From NCBI GenBank assembly GCA_001782235.1, contig MFOC01000007.1:251909-315908 (forward strand): a stretch of 64,000 nucleotides of DNA, written 5' to 3'. The stretch's first letter is position 1. Every line of letters begins with the position of its first letter. Below the pieces are notes generated by a model. The model did no database searches, was not told the DNA's origin, and saw only the letters and a list, made by a program, of their open reading frames with translations. The DNA comes from Candidatus Levybacteria bacterium RIFCSPHIGHO2_02_FULL_40_18 (lineage in GTDB: Bacteria; Patescibacteriota; Microgenomatia; Levybacterales; GWA1-39-11). The position numbers were made by a program, and so were the translations under genes. Positions 54,557-64,000 of this stretch are shown here, in pieces.

Positions 54557-55096
54557 ATGAGTAAATTTAAAGAACAATTTAAAAAAGAGATTACTAAAAA
54601 GTTAACGGAGCGGTTAAATGTTAAGAATCCCATGGGCGTTCCGCGACTTGTAAAAATTGTCGTGAATGAAAGCACGAAGGACTTTTTGGCAGATAAGAAA
54701 AATCTTGAGAAGGCGGCCGAAGACTTGGTATTGATTACGGGTCAGAAGCCAAAAGTGGCGCGCGCACGCGTATCTGTAGCAACGTTTAAACTTAGAAAGG
54801 GCGACGAAATAGGCCTGGTCGTGACCTTGCGAGGAGCGCGAATGTATGATTTTTTTGAGAAAATTGTTAAAATAGTCCTTCCGCGCGTAAGGGACTTTTC
54901 AGGAATAGCGCCAAATGCTTTTGATGGACGCGGAAATTTAAGCATTGGCTTTACGGAAAATACGGTTTTTCCCGAGATAGATTCTGGGAAAGTAGATCGT
55001 GTACGAAGTCTTCAAGTTACAATTATAACTAATGCGGGCGATAATGAGCGCGCAAGGGTATTGCTTGAAGAAATGGGAATGCGATTCAAAAAATAA
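54557..55096 (+). CDS. rplE: 50S ribosomal protein L5
   Basis: Typical L5. Confidence 0.95.
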   Translation: MSKFKEQFKKEITKKLTERLNVKNPMGVPRLVKIVVNESTKDFLADKKNLEKAAEDLVLITGQKPKVARARVSVATFKLRKGDEIGLVVTLRGARMYDFFEKIVKIVLPRVRDFSGIAPNAFDGRGNLSIGFTENTVFPEIDSGKVDRVRSLQVTIITNAGDNERARVLLEEMGMRFKK

Positions 55097-55097
55097 T

Positions 55098-55286
55098 ATG
55101 GCAAAGAAGTCAAATATACAAAAAAATTTATACAAGAAGCCAAAATACAGCACTCGAAAGAAAAATATCTGCAGGATCTGTGGAAGATCACGCGGGTATT
55201 TGAGATTTTTTGGCATGTGCAGAATTTGTTTTAGGGAACATGCCCTGAAAGGAGAACTTCCAGGAGTCAAAAAGGCGTCTTGGTAA
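55098..55286 (+). CDS. rpsN: 30S ribosomal protein S14 (Zn-ribbon type)
   Basis: 62 aa with CRICGRS..CRIC Cys4. Start at MAKKSNIQK. Confidence 0.9.
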   Translation: MAKKSNIQKNLYKKPKYSTRKKNICRICGRSRGYLRFFGMCRICFREHALKGELPGVKKASW

Positions 55287-55345
55287 ATAGCTATTGGCCG
55301 TTAGCTATTAGCTAATAGCCAAAAGCCAAAAGCAAATAGGCAAAT

Positions 55346-55729
55346 ATGTATACAATTGGAGATTTTTTAATAAAACTTAAAAACGCAAGCAGAGCCTATA
55401 AGAAGACGGTAGAATATCCATATTCAAACGCTGTTTTTTCAATTGCTAAAATTCTTGAGAAAGAAGGATTTGTCAACAAAGTTTCCGCAAAGGATGAGGA
55501 CAGCAGGAGACTTCTCAAAATTGACCTTAAATATAAAAAAAATGTACCTGCAATCTCAGAGATAAAATTAATTTCAAAACCTTCAGTTCATCACTATGTG
55601 GGCAAGAATAAAATGGCAAGGGTAGAAAGAAATGCGGTAGGTATAGTTACAACAAATAAAGGAGTCATGACAATCCGCGATGCGCAAAAACAGGGCGTTG
55701 GGGGAGAACTAATATGTCAAATTTTTTAA
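55346..55729 (+). CDS. rpsH: 30S ribosomal protein S8
   Basis: Conserved order and core. Confidence 0.9.
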   Translation: MYTIGDFLIKLKNASRAYKKTVEYPYSNAVFSIAKILEKEGFVNKVSAKDEDSRRLLKIDLKYKKNVPAISEIKLISKPSVHHYVGKNKMARVERNAVGIVTTNKGVMTIRDAQKQGVGGELICQIF

Positions 55730-55732
55730 GGT

Positions 55733-56284
55733 ATGTCTAATATAGGGAAAAAACCAGTAAAAATAACAGAAGGAGTTACCGTCTCAACGGAGGACGATAA
55801 AATTGTCGTTTCAGGTCCAAAAGGCACGCTTGAAACAAAAATTCCTCACGGAATTCAAGCGACAATAAAAGATCACGAGGTTGTTTTCAAAAAAGAAGAG
55901 GAGAGTCATGAACTTGAAAAATTTTGGGGGCTCTCCCGCGCTTTGCTTGCAAACATGGTGCATGGTGTAGTCTCAGGGTTTGAGAAGAAGCTTGAGCTCT
56001 CGGGAGTTGGATATAGAGCGTCCACAGAAGGAGAAGAATTGACACTTAATGTTGGATATGTAAATCCCGTAAGGATTAAGGCGCCGCAAGGAATTAAGTT
56101 TTCGGTTGATGAGAATATTATTACAGTCTCAGGAATAGATAAACAATTAGTAGGAGACATTGCGAATAAAATAAGATCAGTTCGTCCGCCCGAGCCATAT
56201 AAAGGAAAAGGTATTAAATATGTAGGAGAGTATATAAGAAGAAAAGCGGGGAAAGCGGCAAAGACAGTTGGAGCAGCAAAATGA
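55733..56284 (+). CDS. rplF: 50S ribosomal protein L6
   Basis: Conserved order and core. Confidence 0.9.
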   Translation: MSNIGKKPVKITEGVTVSTEDDKIVVSGPKGTLETKIPHGIQATIKDHEVVFKKEEESHELEKFWGLSRALLANMVHGVVSGFEKKLELSGVGYRASTEGEELTLNVGYVNPVRIKAPQGIKFSVDENIITVSGIDKQLVGDIANKIRSVRPPEPYKGKGIKYVGEYIRRKAGKAAKTVGAAK

Positions 56285-56640
56285 GAAAAGAAGAAAAAAT
56301 CAAAAAAATGAGAAAATTGAGAAGGATAAAAAGAGTTCGAAGGAAAATATTGGCAAACAAAAGACTGCCAAGACTTACAGTTTTTCGTTCGAATAAATAC
56401 ATTTATGCCCAGATTATAGATGACAAGTCTGGTAAGTCAATCGTCTTTGCAAGTGAAAAAGAAATAGATACTGATAAAGCAAAAAAAACTGAAAAAGCTG
56501 CGATTCTCGGCCGGATTCTTGCTCAAAAAGCAAAAAAGAAAAAAATAGATAAAGTCATATTTGATAAAGGAAGTTACAAGTATCATGGAAGGATAAAAGC
56601 GCTCGCTGAGGGTGCTAGAGAAGGAGGTCTCGTATTTTAG
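56281..56640 (+). CDS. rplR: 50S ribosomal protein L18
   Basis: Conserved order and core. Confidence 0.9.
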   Translation: MRKEEKIKKMRKLRRIKRVRRKILANKRLPRLTVFRSNKYIYAQIIDDKSGKSIVFASEKEIDTDKAKKTEKAAILGRILAQKAKKKKIDKVIFDKGSYKYHGRIKALAEGAREGGLVF

Positions 56641-56670
56641 ATGTAAGATCTAAGATTTAAGATGTAAGTT

Positions 56671-57129
56671 ATGGAAGATCAAATATTGAATCAAAATCAG
56701 GAAAAGCTTGAGGAAAAAGTTGTTCAGGTAAACCGGGTCTCAAAGAAGACTAAGGGCGGAAATAAAATGAGATTTACCGCTTTGGTAGTTGTTGGCAATA
56801 GAAATGGAAGAGTAGGGGTAGGTCTTGGAAAGTCTGCTGATGTTTCATCGGCGATTATAAAAGCAGTAACATACGCGAAAAAAAGAATGATTGATGTTCC
56901 CATCACAGACGGTACTATACCTTACTCAATAAGGATTAAAAAAGGTGCAGCCGAGGTGCTTCTTAAACCTGCACCGGCAGGTACAGGAATTATTGCAGGA
57001 GGCGCTGTCAGATCTGTTGTTGAGGCGGCTGGAATTAAAAATGTTTCGTCAAAAATATTGGGGTCTGACAATAAAGCAAGCAATGTTTATGCAACTTTTG
57101 AAGCCCTCCAAAAGTTAGCAGCAAAATAA
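56671..57129 (+). CDS. rpsE: 30S ribosomal protein S5
   Basis: Typical S5. Only 45 nt separate it from rplO, so no L30 gene is present. Confidence 0.95.
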   Translation: MEDQILNQNQEKLEEKVVQVNRVSKKTKGGNKMRFTALVVVGNRNGRVGVGLGKSADVSSAIIKAVTYAKKRMIDVPITDGTIPYSIRIKKGAAEVLLKPAPAGTGIIAGGAVRSVVEAAGIKNVSSKILGSDNKASNVYATFEALQKLAAK

Positions 57130-57131
57130 TC

Positions 57132-57174
57132 GGGGCCCCCATTTTGCATCGCCAAAATAGGGAAAACAAAAAAT
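57132..57174 (+). promoter_or_regulatory. conserved hairpin element (copy 2) upstream of rplO
   Basis: AATCGGGGCCCCCATTTTGC-atc-GCCAAAATAGGGAAAACAAAAAAT. Confidence 0.5.
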
Positions 57175-57609
57175 ATGGAATTATCAAATTTACCAAAAAC
57201 AACTAAAAAGAGCTTGCGGCGTGTTGGCCGAGGGGGAGGTTCTGGCCGGGGCAAGACGGCAGGACGTGGAACAAAAGGTCAAAAAGCGAGAGGAAATATA
57301 CCTCTTGCTTTTGAAGGTGGGGCCCTACCCTTAGTTAAAAGATTACCGTTCTTGCGAGGGAAGGGAAGGAATAAAGTATTTAGACCGTGCCCAGTGGCAA
57401 TAAACATTTCAAATCTAAATAAATTGCCGAAAAAGACATCTGTTGATGTAGATACTCTAATTAAATATGGCATAGTGGAGGATGTAGCTCGCAAGTATGG
57501 TGTTAAAATCATTTCAAACGGAGATCTTGCCATCCCTCTTTTAGTAAAGCTTCCGGTATCAAAAGGAGCCAGAAAAAAAATTGAAAAAGCAGGAGGGACA
57601 GTTGAATGA
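57175..57609 (+). CDS. rplO: 50S ribosomal protein L15
   Basis: GRG-rich N-terminus typical of L15. Confidence 0.9.
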   Translation: MELSNLPKTTKKSLRRVGRGGGSGRGKTAGRGTKGQKARGNIPLAFEGGALPLVKRLPFLRGKGRNKVFRPCPVAINISNLNKLPKKTSVDVDTLIKYGIVEDVARKYGVKIISNGDLAIPLLVKLPVSKGARKKIEKAGGTVE

Positions 57610-58892
57610 ACACGATTGTTAAAATTTTTCGAAACAGCATAAGAGATCGCGAAACAAGACGAAAAATTCTGATTGTACTTTTTATTTTTCTAATTTTTAG
57701 ATTTTTTGCTCACGTACCGGTTGCCGGTGTAAACATTGCACAGCTCAAAGCTCTTTTTGCTCAGAATCAATTGTTAGGCTTGCTTGATATTTTTTCGGGC
57801 GGGACCTTATCAAATTTCTCAATCTTAGCACTTGGTCTTGGACCTTATATTTACGCCTCAATAGTTCTTCAGCTTCTGACAATTGTCTATCCTAAACTTG
57901 AGGAGCTTCAGAAAGAAGGAGAATATGGCAGGCAAAAAATAAACCAGTATACAAGATATTTAACAATTCCCCTCGCCGTTATTCAATCATTTGGCATGTA
58001 CGCGTTGCTTAGAAATCAGCAAATAATCACAAATCTTTCCCCTCTTGATATTTTATCTTTTATTTTGACAATGACCGCGGGTACGATATTTGCGATGTGG
58101 CTAGGGGAATTAATATCCGAGCAAGGGATTGGAAACGGTATCTCGCTTTTGATTCTTGCCGGCATTGTTGGGAGGATACCGGTCTTAACTGCCCAAATGA
58201 TCTCAACTCTTAATCAGCAAGACATATTAAATCTTGGAATATTTGCGATCCTTGGCGTATCGGTAGTTGCCGCGGTTGTTTTTGTTAATGAATCAGTAAG
58301 GCGTATACCTATTTATTACGCTAAACGTGTTCGTGGGTCAAGGATGTATGGAGGGCAGTCAACTCACTTGCCCTTGAGAATTAATCAGGCAGGTGTTATA
58401 CCAATAATCTTTGCGGTTTCAATAGTTCTTCTCCCATCCCTTGCCGCAAATTACTTAGTTGGAAGCGCAAGTAAAAACATTGCTTCGATTGGAACATTTC
58501 TCGCCACCTCATTCAATCCTAACGGAATACCCTATAATGCCGTTTATTTTGCCCTTGTTGTGGGTTTTACATACTTCTATACGGCAGTAATCTTCAATCC
58601 GCAAAAAATTTCTGAGGAAATTCAGAAGAACGGAGGCTTTGTTCCGGGTATAAGACCCGGTAAGCCCACGTCATCTTTCCTTAATTACGTAACAACAAGA
58701 ATTACTCTTCCCGGCGCAATTTTCTTGGGCATTATTGCGATTCTTCCAAGCATAGTTCTTGCAATGACCGGCATAACTGCGGTTCTTGTTGGTGGAACAA
58801 GTATTCTAATAGTTGTGTCTGTGGTTATTGAGACGGTTAAAATTCTTGAGGCGCAGCAGGTCCAGAGAAGTTATGAAAGGTTTACTCAATAG
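57606..58892 (+). CDS. secY: preprotein translocase subunit SecY
   Basis: 10-TM protein with SecY signature regions. Confidence 0.9.
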   Translation: MNTIVKIFRNSIRDRETRRKILIVLFIFLIFRFFAHVPVAGVNIAQLKALFAQNQLLGLLDIFSGGTLSNFSILALGLGPYIYASIVLQLLTIVYPKLEELQKEGEYGRQKINQYTRYLTIPLAVIQSFGMYALLRNQQIITNLSPLDILSFILTMTAGTIFAMWLGELISEQGIGNGISLLILAGIVGRIPVLTAQMISTLNQQDILNLGIFAILGVSVVAAVVFVNESVRRIPIYYAKRVRGSRMYGGQSTHLPLRINQAGVIPIIFAVSIVLLPSLAANYLVGSASKNIASIGTFLATSFNPNGIPYNAVYFALVVGFTYFYTAVIFNPQKISEEIQKNGGFVPGIRPGKPTSSFLNYVTTRITLPGAIFLGIIAILPSIVLAMTGITAVLVGGTSILIVVSVVIETVKILEAQQVQRSYERFTQ

Positions 58893-58959
58893 TATAGAGT
58901 ATTGCGTATTGAGTATCGAGTATCGAACAAACTGAATACTGTATGTAGAATACTGATTT

Positions 58960-59496
58960 ATGAAGATAGTTCTTATAGGAATACAAGGTTCGGGAAAATC
59001 TACTCAAGGAAATTTGTTGTCCAAAAAAATTGGAGTTCCTTATCTTTCCACTGGACATATATTTCGAGAATTAGCAAAGGAACATACCCCATTGGGCCGC
59101 TACGTAAAGGAAACAGTGAATTCGGGATATCTTATTCCGGATGATAAGACTCTTGAGATAGTAGGCCAATATTTGGCGCGACCAGAATACCAAAAAGGAT
59201 ACATTCTAGACGGATTTCCAAGAACAAAAGTCCAGGCCGAATTTTTCAAGAACGGAATCGATTATGTTATCCATATAAATGTTTCCGATGAAGAAGCGTT
59301 GAAACGACTCGCTCTTCGTAATGACGAACGAGAAGACGAAACAGAACAGGCTCTAAAAAGGAGAATTGAGCTTTTCCATAAGTTTACAGAACCGGTACTC
59401 GAATTTTATCGCGAAAAAGGCATATTGCATGAAGTTGACGGTGAACGGCCCATAGAAGAAATCCACCTAAACATTTGTAAAATCCTCAAGATATAA
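58960..59496 (+). CDS. adk: adenylate kinase (short type)
   Basis: P-loop GIQGSGKST. 178 aa. Confidence 0.85.
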   Translation: MKIVLIGIQGSGKSTQGNLLSKKIGVPYLSTGHIFRELAKEHTPLGRYVKETVNSGYLIPDDKTLEIVGQYLARPEYQKGYILDGFPRTKVQAEFFKNGIDYVIHINVSDEEALKRLALRNDEREDETEQALKRRIELFHKFTEPVLEFYREKGILHEVDGERPIEEIHLNICKILKI

Positions 59497-59533
59497 CGGG
59501 GTCCCCAAAAGCAGCGCCTTTTGGGGTGTAGAT
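59497..59533 (+). promoter_or_regulatory. hairpin element variant upstream of map
   Basis: CGGGGTCCCCAAAAG-cagcgc-CTTTTGGGGTGTAGAT. Same GGGG/CCCC-capped stem architecture, ending 7 nt before the ATG. Confidence 0.45.
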
Positions 59534-60322
59534 ATGGACACAAAAAAAATTAAGACAATGCGACGTGCTGGTGGTATATTGGGAGAAGTGCTTGAAACTC
59601 TTATTCAATACGTAAAACCGGGCATTTCAGAACTAGAAATAGATACGCTAGCGGAAAAACTAATTCGCGATAACGGCGCCGAACCCGGATTTAAAAAAGT
59701 CCCTTCTTACAAGCACACAATTTGTATATCAACAAATGATGTTGTTGTTCACGGAATTCCTACGAAAAAAGTGCTAAAAGAAGGAGATGTTGTCGGTATT
59801 GATTGCGGGGTTTTTCTTAATGGGTATCATACGGATATGGCAGAAACGCTTCGCGTTTCAACTCAAAACTCAAAACTCAAAACTCAAAACTATGAAAAAA
59901 TTGATAAGTTTCTGGCTGTGGGGAAGAGGGCGTTGTTTGCAGGAATTAATCAGGCAAAACTTGGGAATCGCGTAGGTCATATTTCCAAAGCTATTCAAGA
60001 TGTTGTGGAAGGGAACGGATATTCAGTGGTCCGCACTTTAGTAGGCCACGGCGTGGGCAAGAGTCTTCATGAGAAGCCTGAGATACCGGGCTATTTATCC
60101 GGGGCAATTGATCAAACTCAAGCGCTTTCATCCGGCCAGACGCTTGCAATCGAGGCAATATACAATATGGGAGGCCACGAAGTAGTCTATGATAGAAACG
60201 ATGGCTGGACAATTTCAACTGCTGACAATAGCATCTCAGGCTTGTTCGAGAGGACAATTTTAATAACAGAAAATGGCCCAGAACTATTAACTCGTCTCAA
60301 GGGAGACATGCTTGCTTTGTGA
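59534..60322 (+). CDS. map: methionine aminopeptidase type I
   Basis: M24A metal-binding residues. Contains (ACTCAAA)x4 tandem repeat at 59863-59891. Confidence 0.9.
   Translation: MDTKKIKTMRRAGGILGEVLETLIQYVKPGISELEIDTLAEKLIRDNGAEPGFKKVPSYKHTICISTNDVVVHGIPTKKVLKEGDVVGIDCGVFLNGYHTDMAETLRVSTQNSKLKTQNYEKIDKFLAVGKRALFAGINQAKLGNRVGHISKAIQDVVEGNGYSVVRTLVGHGVGKSLHEKPEIPGYLSGAIDQTQALSSGQTLAIEAIYNMGGHEVVYDRNDGWTISTADNSISGLFERTILITENGPELLTRLKGDMLAL
59863..59891 (+). repeat. heptanucleotide tandem repeat (ACTCAAA x ~4.1) inside the map coding sequence
   Basis: ACTCAAAACTCAAAACTCAAAACTCAAAAC, encoding STQNSKLKTQN. Confidence 0.8.
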
Positions 60323-60331
60323 GGCCAATTT

Positions 60332-60340
60332 TGTTAAAAT
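60332..60340 (+). promoter_or_regulatory. extended -10 TGT-TAAAAT upstream of infA
   Basis: Recurring motif, 14 nt before the ATG. Confidence 0.4.
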
Positions 60341-60354
60341 AACTGGAGCATTTT

Positions 60355-60606
60355 ATGGTGCATGCGGGTGCAATTGAGTTCTCGGGAGTTGTAAAAGAGG
60401 TATTGCCGAACACATTATTTAGGGTCGAGATCGAGGGAGCCACCGGCCCGGAGGGCCTCGGGTCCGGAGGGGAAAAAGTAGTTTTGTGTCATCTGTCGGG
60501 AAAAATGAGAATACATTTTATAAAAATCCTGCCGGGCGACAAAGTAAGAGTTGAAATGACCCCTTACGATCCGGACCGAGGAAGGATTACCTACCGAGAG
60601 AAATAA
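60355..60606 (+). CDS. infA: translation initiation factor IF-1 with ~10-aa loop insertion
   Basis: OB-fold IF-1 ([11 protein letters not shown]...SGKMR...ILPGDKV). A GC-rich in-frame insert encodes [11 protein letters not shown] in the loop between the flanking beta-strands. Confidence 0.85.
   Translation: MVHAGAIEFSGVVKEVLPNTLFRVEIEGATGPEGLGSGGEKVVLCHLSGKMRIHFIKILPGDKVRVEMTPYDPDRGRITYREK
60438..60472 (+). repeat. GC-rich in-frame mini-insert (family a) in infA
   Basis: GCCACCGGCCCGGAGGGCCTCGGGTCCGGAGGGG. Confidence 0.65.
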
Positions 60607-60635
60607 TCCCAGCAAAAAGCCATATTGCGACAGAA

Positions 60636-60678
60636 ATCGGGGCCCCCATTTTGCTTCGCCAAAATGGGGAAAAACATT
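60636..60678 (+). promoter_or_regulatory. conserved hairpin element (copy 3) upstream of rpsM
   Basis: AATCGGGGCCCCCATTTTG-cttcgc-CAAAATGGGGAAAAACATT. Confidence 0.55.
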
Positions 60679-61101
60679 ATGAGGGTTGTTGGAGTAAATA
60701 TACCGGAAGAAAAGAGAATTGATATAGCTTTAACCTATGTATATGGCATAGGAAGGTCAAACGTGAAAAAAATACTTGAGAAAGCAACTATTGAACCATC
60801 AAAAAGACTTAAAGATCTTTCCGAGGAAGAACTTTCAAGAATCCAAAAAGTTGTCGAGACTTATAAGATTGAAGGAGATCTTCGAGCAGAATTGGCATCT
60901 AACATAAAAAGACTCAAGGAGATAGGTACATATAGAGGGTTAAGACACTCAAGAAACCTTCCCGTTAGGGGTCAGCGGACCCGCTCAAATGCCAGAACAA
61001 AACGCGGAAAGCGCGTAACAATAGGTGCGATTAAGAAAGAAGCGGCAGCCCGTATGGGGCTAATCGTACCTGAAACATCAGGTAAGGAGGAAAAGAAATA
61101 A
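60679..61101 (+). CDS. rpsM: 30S ribosomal protein S13
   Basis: Start set at MRVVGVNIP. The track start at 60625 lies inside the hairpin element. Confidence 0.9.
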   Translation: MRVVGVNIPEEKRIDIALTYVYGIGRSNVKKILEKATIEPSKRLKDLSEEELSRIQKVVETYKIEGDLRAELASNIKRLKEIGTYRGLRHSRNLPVRGQRTRSNARTKRGKRVTIGAIKKEAAARMGLIVPETSGKEEKK

Positions 61102-61121
61102 AAAAAGGGGTAAAGAAAATT

Positions 61122-61520
61122 ATGGCTAAAAAAGCGACAGCTGCGTTAAAAAAAGCAAAACAGAAAACAATTTCAATTGAGACAGGAAGGATTTATGTTT
61201 CAACAACTTTTAACAATACCATTGTTACCGTCACAAACGAGAAGGGCGATACTGTGGCTTGGTCTTCCTCTGGCAACATGGGATTTAAAGGAACGCGCAA
61301 AAGCACGCCATTTGCGGCAACCTCAGCAGTAGAAGAGGCAATTAAGAAAGTGAGAGATACGGGGATTCGTGCAGTTGAGGTTTTCATAAAAGGGCCGGGA
61401 GTTGGGCGAGACGCAGCGCTCCGCGCAATCAGAAACTCCGGGCTTTCAATTGCAATGATAGCGGATATAACACCAATTCCGCACAATGGTCCAAGAATGA
61501 AAAAGAAAAGGAGAGTCTAA
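61122..61520 (+). CDS. rpsK: 30S ribosomal protein S11
   Basis: Typical S11. Confidence 0.95.
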   Translation: MAKKATAALKKAKQKTISIETGRIYVSTTFNNTIVTVTNEKGDTVAWSSSGNMGFKGTRKSTPFAATSAVEEAIKKVRDTGIRAVEVFIKGPGVGRDAALRAIRNSGLSIAMIADITPIPHNGPRMKKKRRV

Positions 61521-62113
61521 TGAGATATACGGGTCCAAAACACAAATTGGCAAGACGAGAAGGAGTAAATATTTTAGAAAAAACTTCTCGGTCTCTTGAT
61601 AGAAGAATTAATATTCCGCCGGGTATTCATGGGAAAAGAAGGGCAAGAAAGCTCTCGGAATATGGAACGCAACTTCGCGAAAAACAGAAGCTTAAAAGGA
61701 TTTACGGATTATCAGAGAAGCAATTTAGAAGATATGTGATCTTAGCTCAAAAGAAAAAAGCAAACACAGAAGATGCCCTGGTAGAACACCTTGAAACGAG
61801 ACTTGACAATATTATCTATAGGCTTGGTTTTGGGAAAACTCGTGCCCAGGCAAGGCAAATGGTAGCGCACAGACATGTTTTCGTGAACGGAAAAAAAATC
61901 AATATTCCATCCTATGCAGCCCGTCCCGGAGATTTGATTACGCTTACAGGGAAATTTATTAAGGATGAAATAAAAGTGAGGATAGAGAACTTAACTCTCC
62001 CTTCCTATCTTGAAAGAGAGAACTTTAAGGGTAAGGTCTTGAGAGAACCAATTAGCGCCGATGTTGCAAACCCTATAAATTACCAGCTCGTTATTGAATT
62101 CTACTCAAGGTAG
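61520..62113 (+). CDS. rpsD: 30S ribosomal protein S4
   Basis: Typical S4. Confidence 0.9.
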   Translation: MRYTGPKHKLARREGVNILEKTSRSLDRRINIPPGIHGKRRARKLSEYGTQLREKQKLKRIYGLSEKQFRRYVILAQKKKANTEDALVEHLETRLDNIIYRLGFGKTRAQARQMVAHRHVFVNGKKINIPSYAARPGDLITLTGKFIKDEIKVRIENLTLPSYLERENFKGKVLREPISADVANPINYQLVIEFYSR

Positions 62114-62122
62114 TGGTAAAAT
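62114..62122 (+). promoter_or_regulatory. extended -10 TGG-TAAAAT 9 nt upstream of the rpoA ATG
   Basis: Recurring motif. Confidence 0.4.
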
Positions 62123-62131
62123 ATTTTTTTT

Positions 62132-63055
62132 ATGAATTTATCTTTCAAAACAATTGAGGAGACAGCGGAAAAGGGATATTCAAAATTTGTGATCGAGCCT
62201 CTTGAGCCGGGTTTTGGTCAAACCCTGGGCGTGGCACTACGTCGCGTTCTTTTGACATCTATTGAAGGCGCGGCTGTTACATCTGTTAAAATTGACGGAG
62301 TCAGACATTTATTCACCTCTCTGCCCGGTCTAAAAGAGGACATAATTGAACTTGTTCTTAATATCAAAACTCTTCGCGTAAAACTTGCCGAGGGAAAAGA
62401 CGAGGGCAAGATGACCTTGTCTGCGCAAGGTCCCGGAGAAATTAAAGCTTCTCAAATTGAAACTAGCGATGGGGTTGAAATTGTTGACCCCAATCATTAC
62501 CTTGGAGCACTCGCGGACAAGAAATCAAAAATTAATATGGAAATGACCGTTGAGCGGGGAGCAGGATATTCACTTGCTGAGGATAGAAGAATTTCAACAA
62601 TAGGGACGATTCCCATAGATGCAATATTCTCCCCAGTTTTAAGAGTAAATTATAAAGTCGAACAGACTCGTGTTGGCCGCCAAACAAATTTTGATAAGCT
62701 AATTCTTGAAATCTGGACAGATGGAACAATTGGACCAAAAGATGTACTCAACCAGGCAAGCTCAATTCTAGTTTCCTACTTTCACCAAATTTATGAACCA
62801 AACGAGCAGGTATCTTCGGACAAAGCTACCGGCTTAACACCTCAAGTCCCGGAAGAACTTCTCACCATGACAATTGATGAGCTTGATCTTCCTACCAGAA
62901 TTTATAATTCGCTCAGAAATGCAGGAATTGAAACAATCGGCGACATGCTTAGCACACCTAAAAAGGATCTTATGGGATATCGCAATCTTGGCGCAAAATC
63001 TATTTCTATTATTGAGGAAAGTTTGCGAGCGCGAGGAATTTCGCTCAGTTTATAA
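62132..63055 (+). CDS. rpoA: DNA-directed RNA polymerase subunit alpha
   Basis: N-terminal dimerisation domain and C-terminal domain. Conserved position. Confidence 0.9.
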   Translation: MNLSFKTIEETAEKGYSKFVIEPLEPGFGQTLGVALRRVLLTSIEGAAVTSVKIDGVRHLFTSLPGLKEDIIELVLNIKTLRVKLAEGKDEGKMTLSAQGPGEIKASQIETSDGVEIVDPNHYLGALADKKSKINMEMTVERGAGYSLAEDRRISTIGTIPIDAIFSPVLRVNYKVEQTRVGRQTNFDKLILEIWTDGTIGPKDVLNQASSILVSYFHQIYEPNEQVSSDKATGLTPQVPEELLTMTIDELDLPTRIYNSLRNAGIETIGDMLSTPKKDLMGYRNLGAKSISIIEESLRARGISLSL

Positions 63056-63160
63056 AATCGCGCAACTTTACCCCGTTAGAAGTTTGAGAAAAAGAATTTT
63101 TTCTTAAAATTCTTTTTCTGAAGCGGGATATTTTTTACACTTCTAACGGGGTTTAATATT

Positions 63161-63640
63161 ATGAGGAAAAGGATTTTTGGTAAGAAACTAAAGAGGAACA
63201 TTAATCAAAGAAAGGCTTTATTCAGAAGTCTTATGGGGTCTTTAGTGTTATACGGGAAGATTCGAACAACAGAGGCAAAAGCAAAGTCCATAAAAGGAGA
63301 GCTTGAAAAGCTGGTGACGGCAGCAAAAAACAAAGAAGAGAACGCCAGAAGCCTTTTACTTTCAAGACTTGCCAATGAGCGAGTTGTCGAAAAAATAATC
63401 TCAGAGATAGCTCCAAAGTTTGCTTCGCGTCCTGGGGGATATACAAGGATAGTAAAAATGGGCCCAAGAGTAAAAGACGGCGCAAGAATGGTTTTAATGA
63501 GTTGGGTTGAAGAAGTTGCGCCGACTTCATTCAAAGAGCCGAAACGAAAGGTATTAAAAGTATCAGGGGTATCAAAGGGGAATGTAAAAATAGCAGGAAA
63601 AAGTTCGGAGGAAACTAAAAGGAGCGGGGGTAAGAAATAA
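63161..63640 (+). CDS. rplQ: 50S ribosomal protein L17 (with basic C-terminal extension)
   Basis: L17 core. Follows rpoA. Confidence 0.85.
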   Translation: MRKRIFGKKLKRNINQRKALFRSLMGSLVLYGKIRTTEAKAKSIKGELEKLVTAAKNKEENARSLLLSRLANERVVEKIISEIAPKFASRPGGYTRIVKMGPRVKDGARMVLMSWVEEVAPTSFKEPKRKVLKVSGVSKGNVKIAGKSSEETKRSGGKK

Positions 63641-64000
63641 TGTTAATGACTAGACCAACCCCTCGACAAAGCTCGGGGCAAGCAAAAGCTAATATGAAAA
63701 TGACATTACCAACAAGATTAAGCGAGATAAAAAGAGATTGGCATATCGTGGATATCAGAGGGAAAATTCTGGGAAGAATGGCAACAGAAATTGCTAGACT
63801 TCTTATGGGCAAAGGAAAACCTTATTTTGCAAAGAATTTAGATTGTGGAGATTTCGTTGTGGTAATTAATGCAAGCAAAGTTAGTGTTACAGGCAAAAAA
63901 GAAACAGATAAGGTTTATACCAGATATTCTGGATATCCAAGCGGTCTTAAACGAATAAGGCTCGAGGAGATGAGAGAAAAAAAACCAGAGGAGATAATCC
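63640..64000 (+). CDS. rplM: 50S ribosomal protein L13, 5' portion (runs off window end)
   Basis: KRDWHIVDIRGKILGRMATEIARLLMGKGKP..GDFVVVINA. Frame is open to position 64000. Not in the ORF track. Confidence 0.8.
   Translation, partial: MLMTRPTPRQSSGQAKANMKMTLPTRLSEIKRDWHIVDIRGKILGRMATEIARLLMGKGKPYFAKNLDCGDFVVVINASKVSVTGKKETDKVYTRYSGYPSGLKRIRLEEMREKKPEEII

Noticed and set aside
59863-59891. Heptamer repeat in map as a phase-variation switch
   Set aside because: Kept as a finding at low interest but not called a contingency locus. map is normally essential and single-copy, and only one length is visible in this sequence.

Overview
This 64-kb window has two parts that differ sharply in composition. 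Positions 1-2900 are about 60% GC and carry three minus-strand genes: a lipoprotein that runs off the window start, a TelA-like toxic-anion-resistance protein, and a membrane protein. From about 2900 onward the sequence is AT-rich with small genes. Its core layout is nusA-infB-(degenerate DHH protein)-rpsO-pnp, a Lon-like AAA+ protein lacking its protease domain, rnj, ftsK, rodZ-like, yvcK and nth. Next come an IS200/IS605-like Y1 transposase insertion, alaS, a large membrane protein next to a sortase, an AMP/thymidine phosphorylase-family gene and mltG. The window ends with rpoB-rpoC-rpsL-rpsG-fusA-tuf and the S10/spc/alpha ribosomal-protein operons. L30 is missing and rpmJ sits between rplX and rplE. 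Accessory blocks lie between rpsG and fusA and between fusA and tuf. This second part is consistent with a Candidate Phyla Radiation / Patescibacteria-like genome (inference). The most unusual signals are in the non-coding and repeat structure. Short GC-rich, partly palindromic modules are inserted in-frame in infA, rpoB, pnp, rplC and a hypothetical gene. A 20-nt perfect palindrome occurs twice. A ~130-bp inverted-repeat (MITE-like) element occurs four times upstream of genes. A conserved ~10-bp-stem hairpin lies just upstream of the start codons of rpoC, rplO, rpsM and map. Near-identical leaders precede rplP and rplN, and most spacers are built from degenerate tandem copies of short words. 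No rRNA, tRNA or CRISPR array was recognised.
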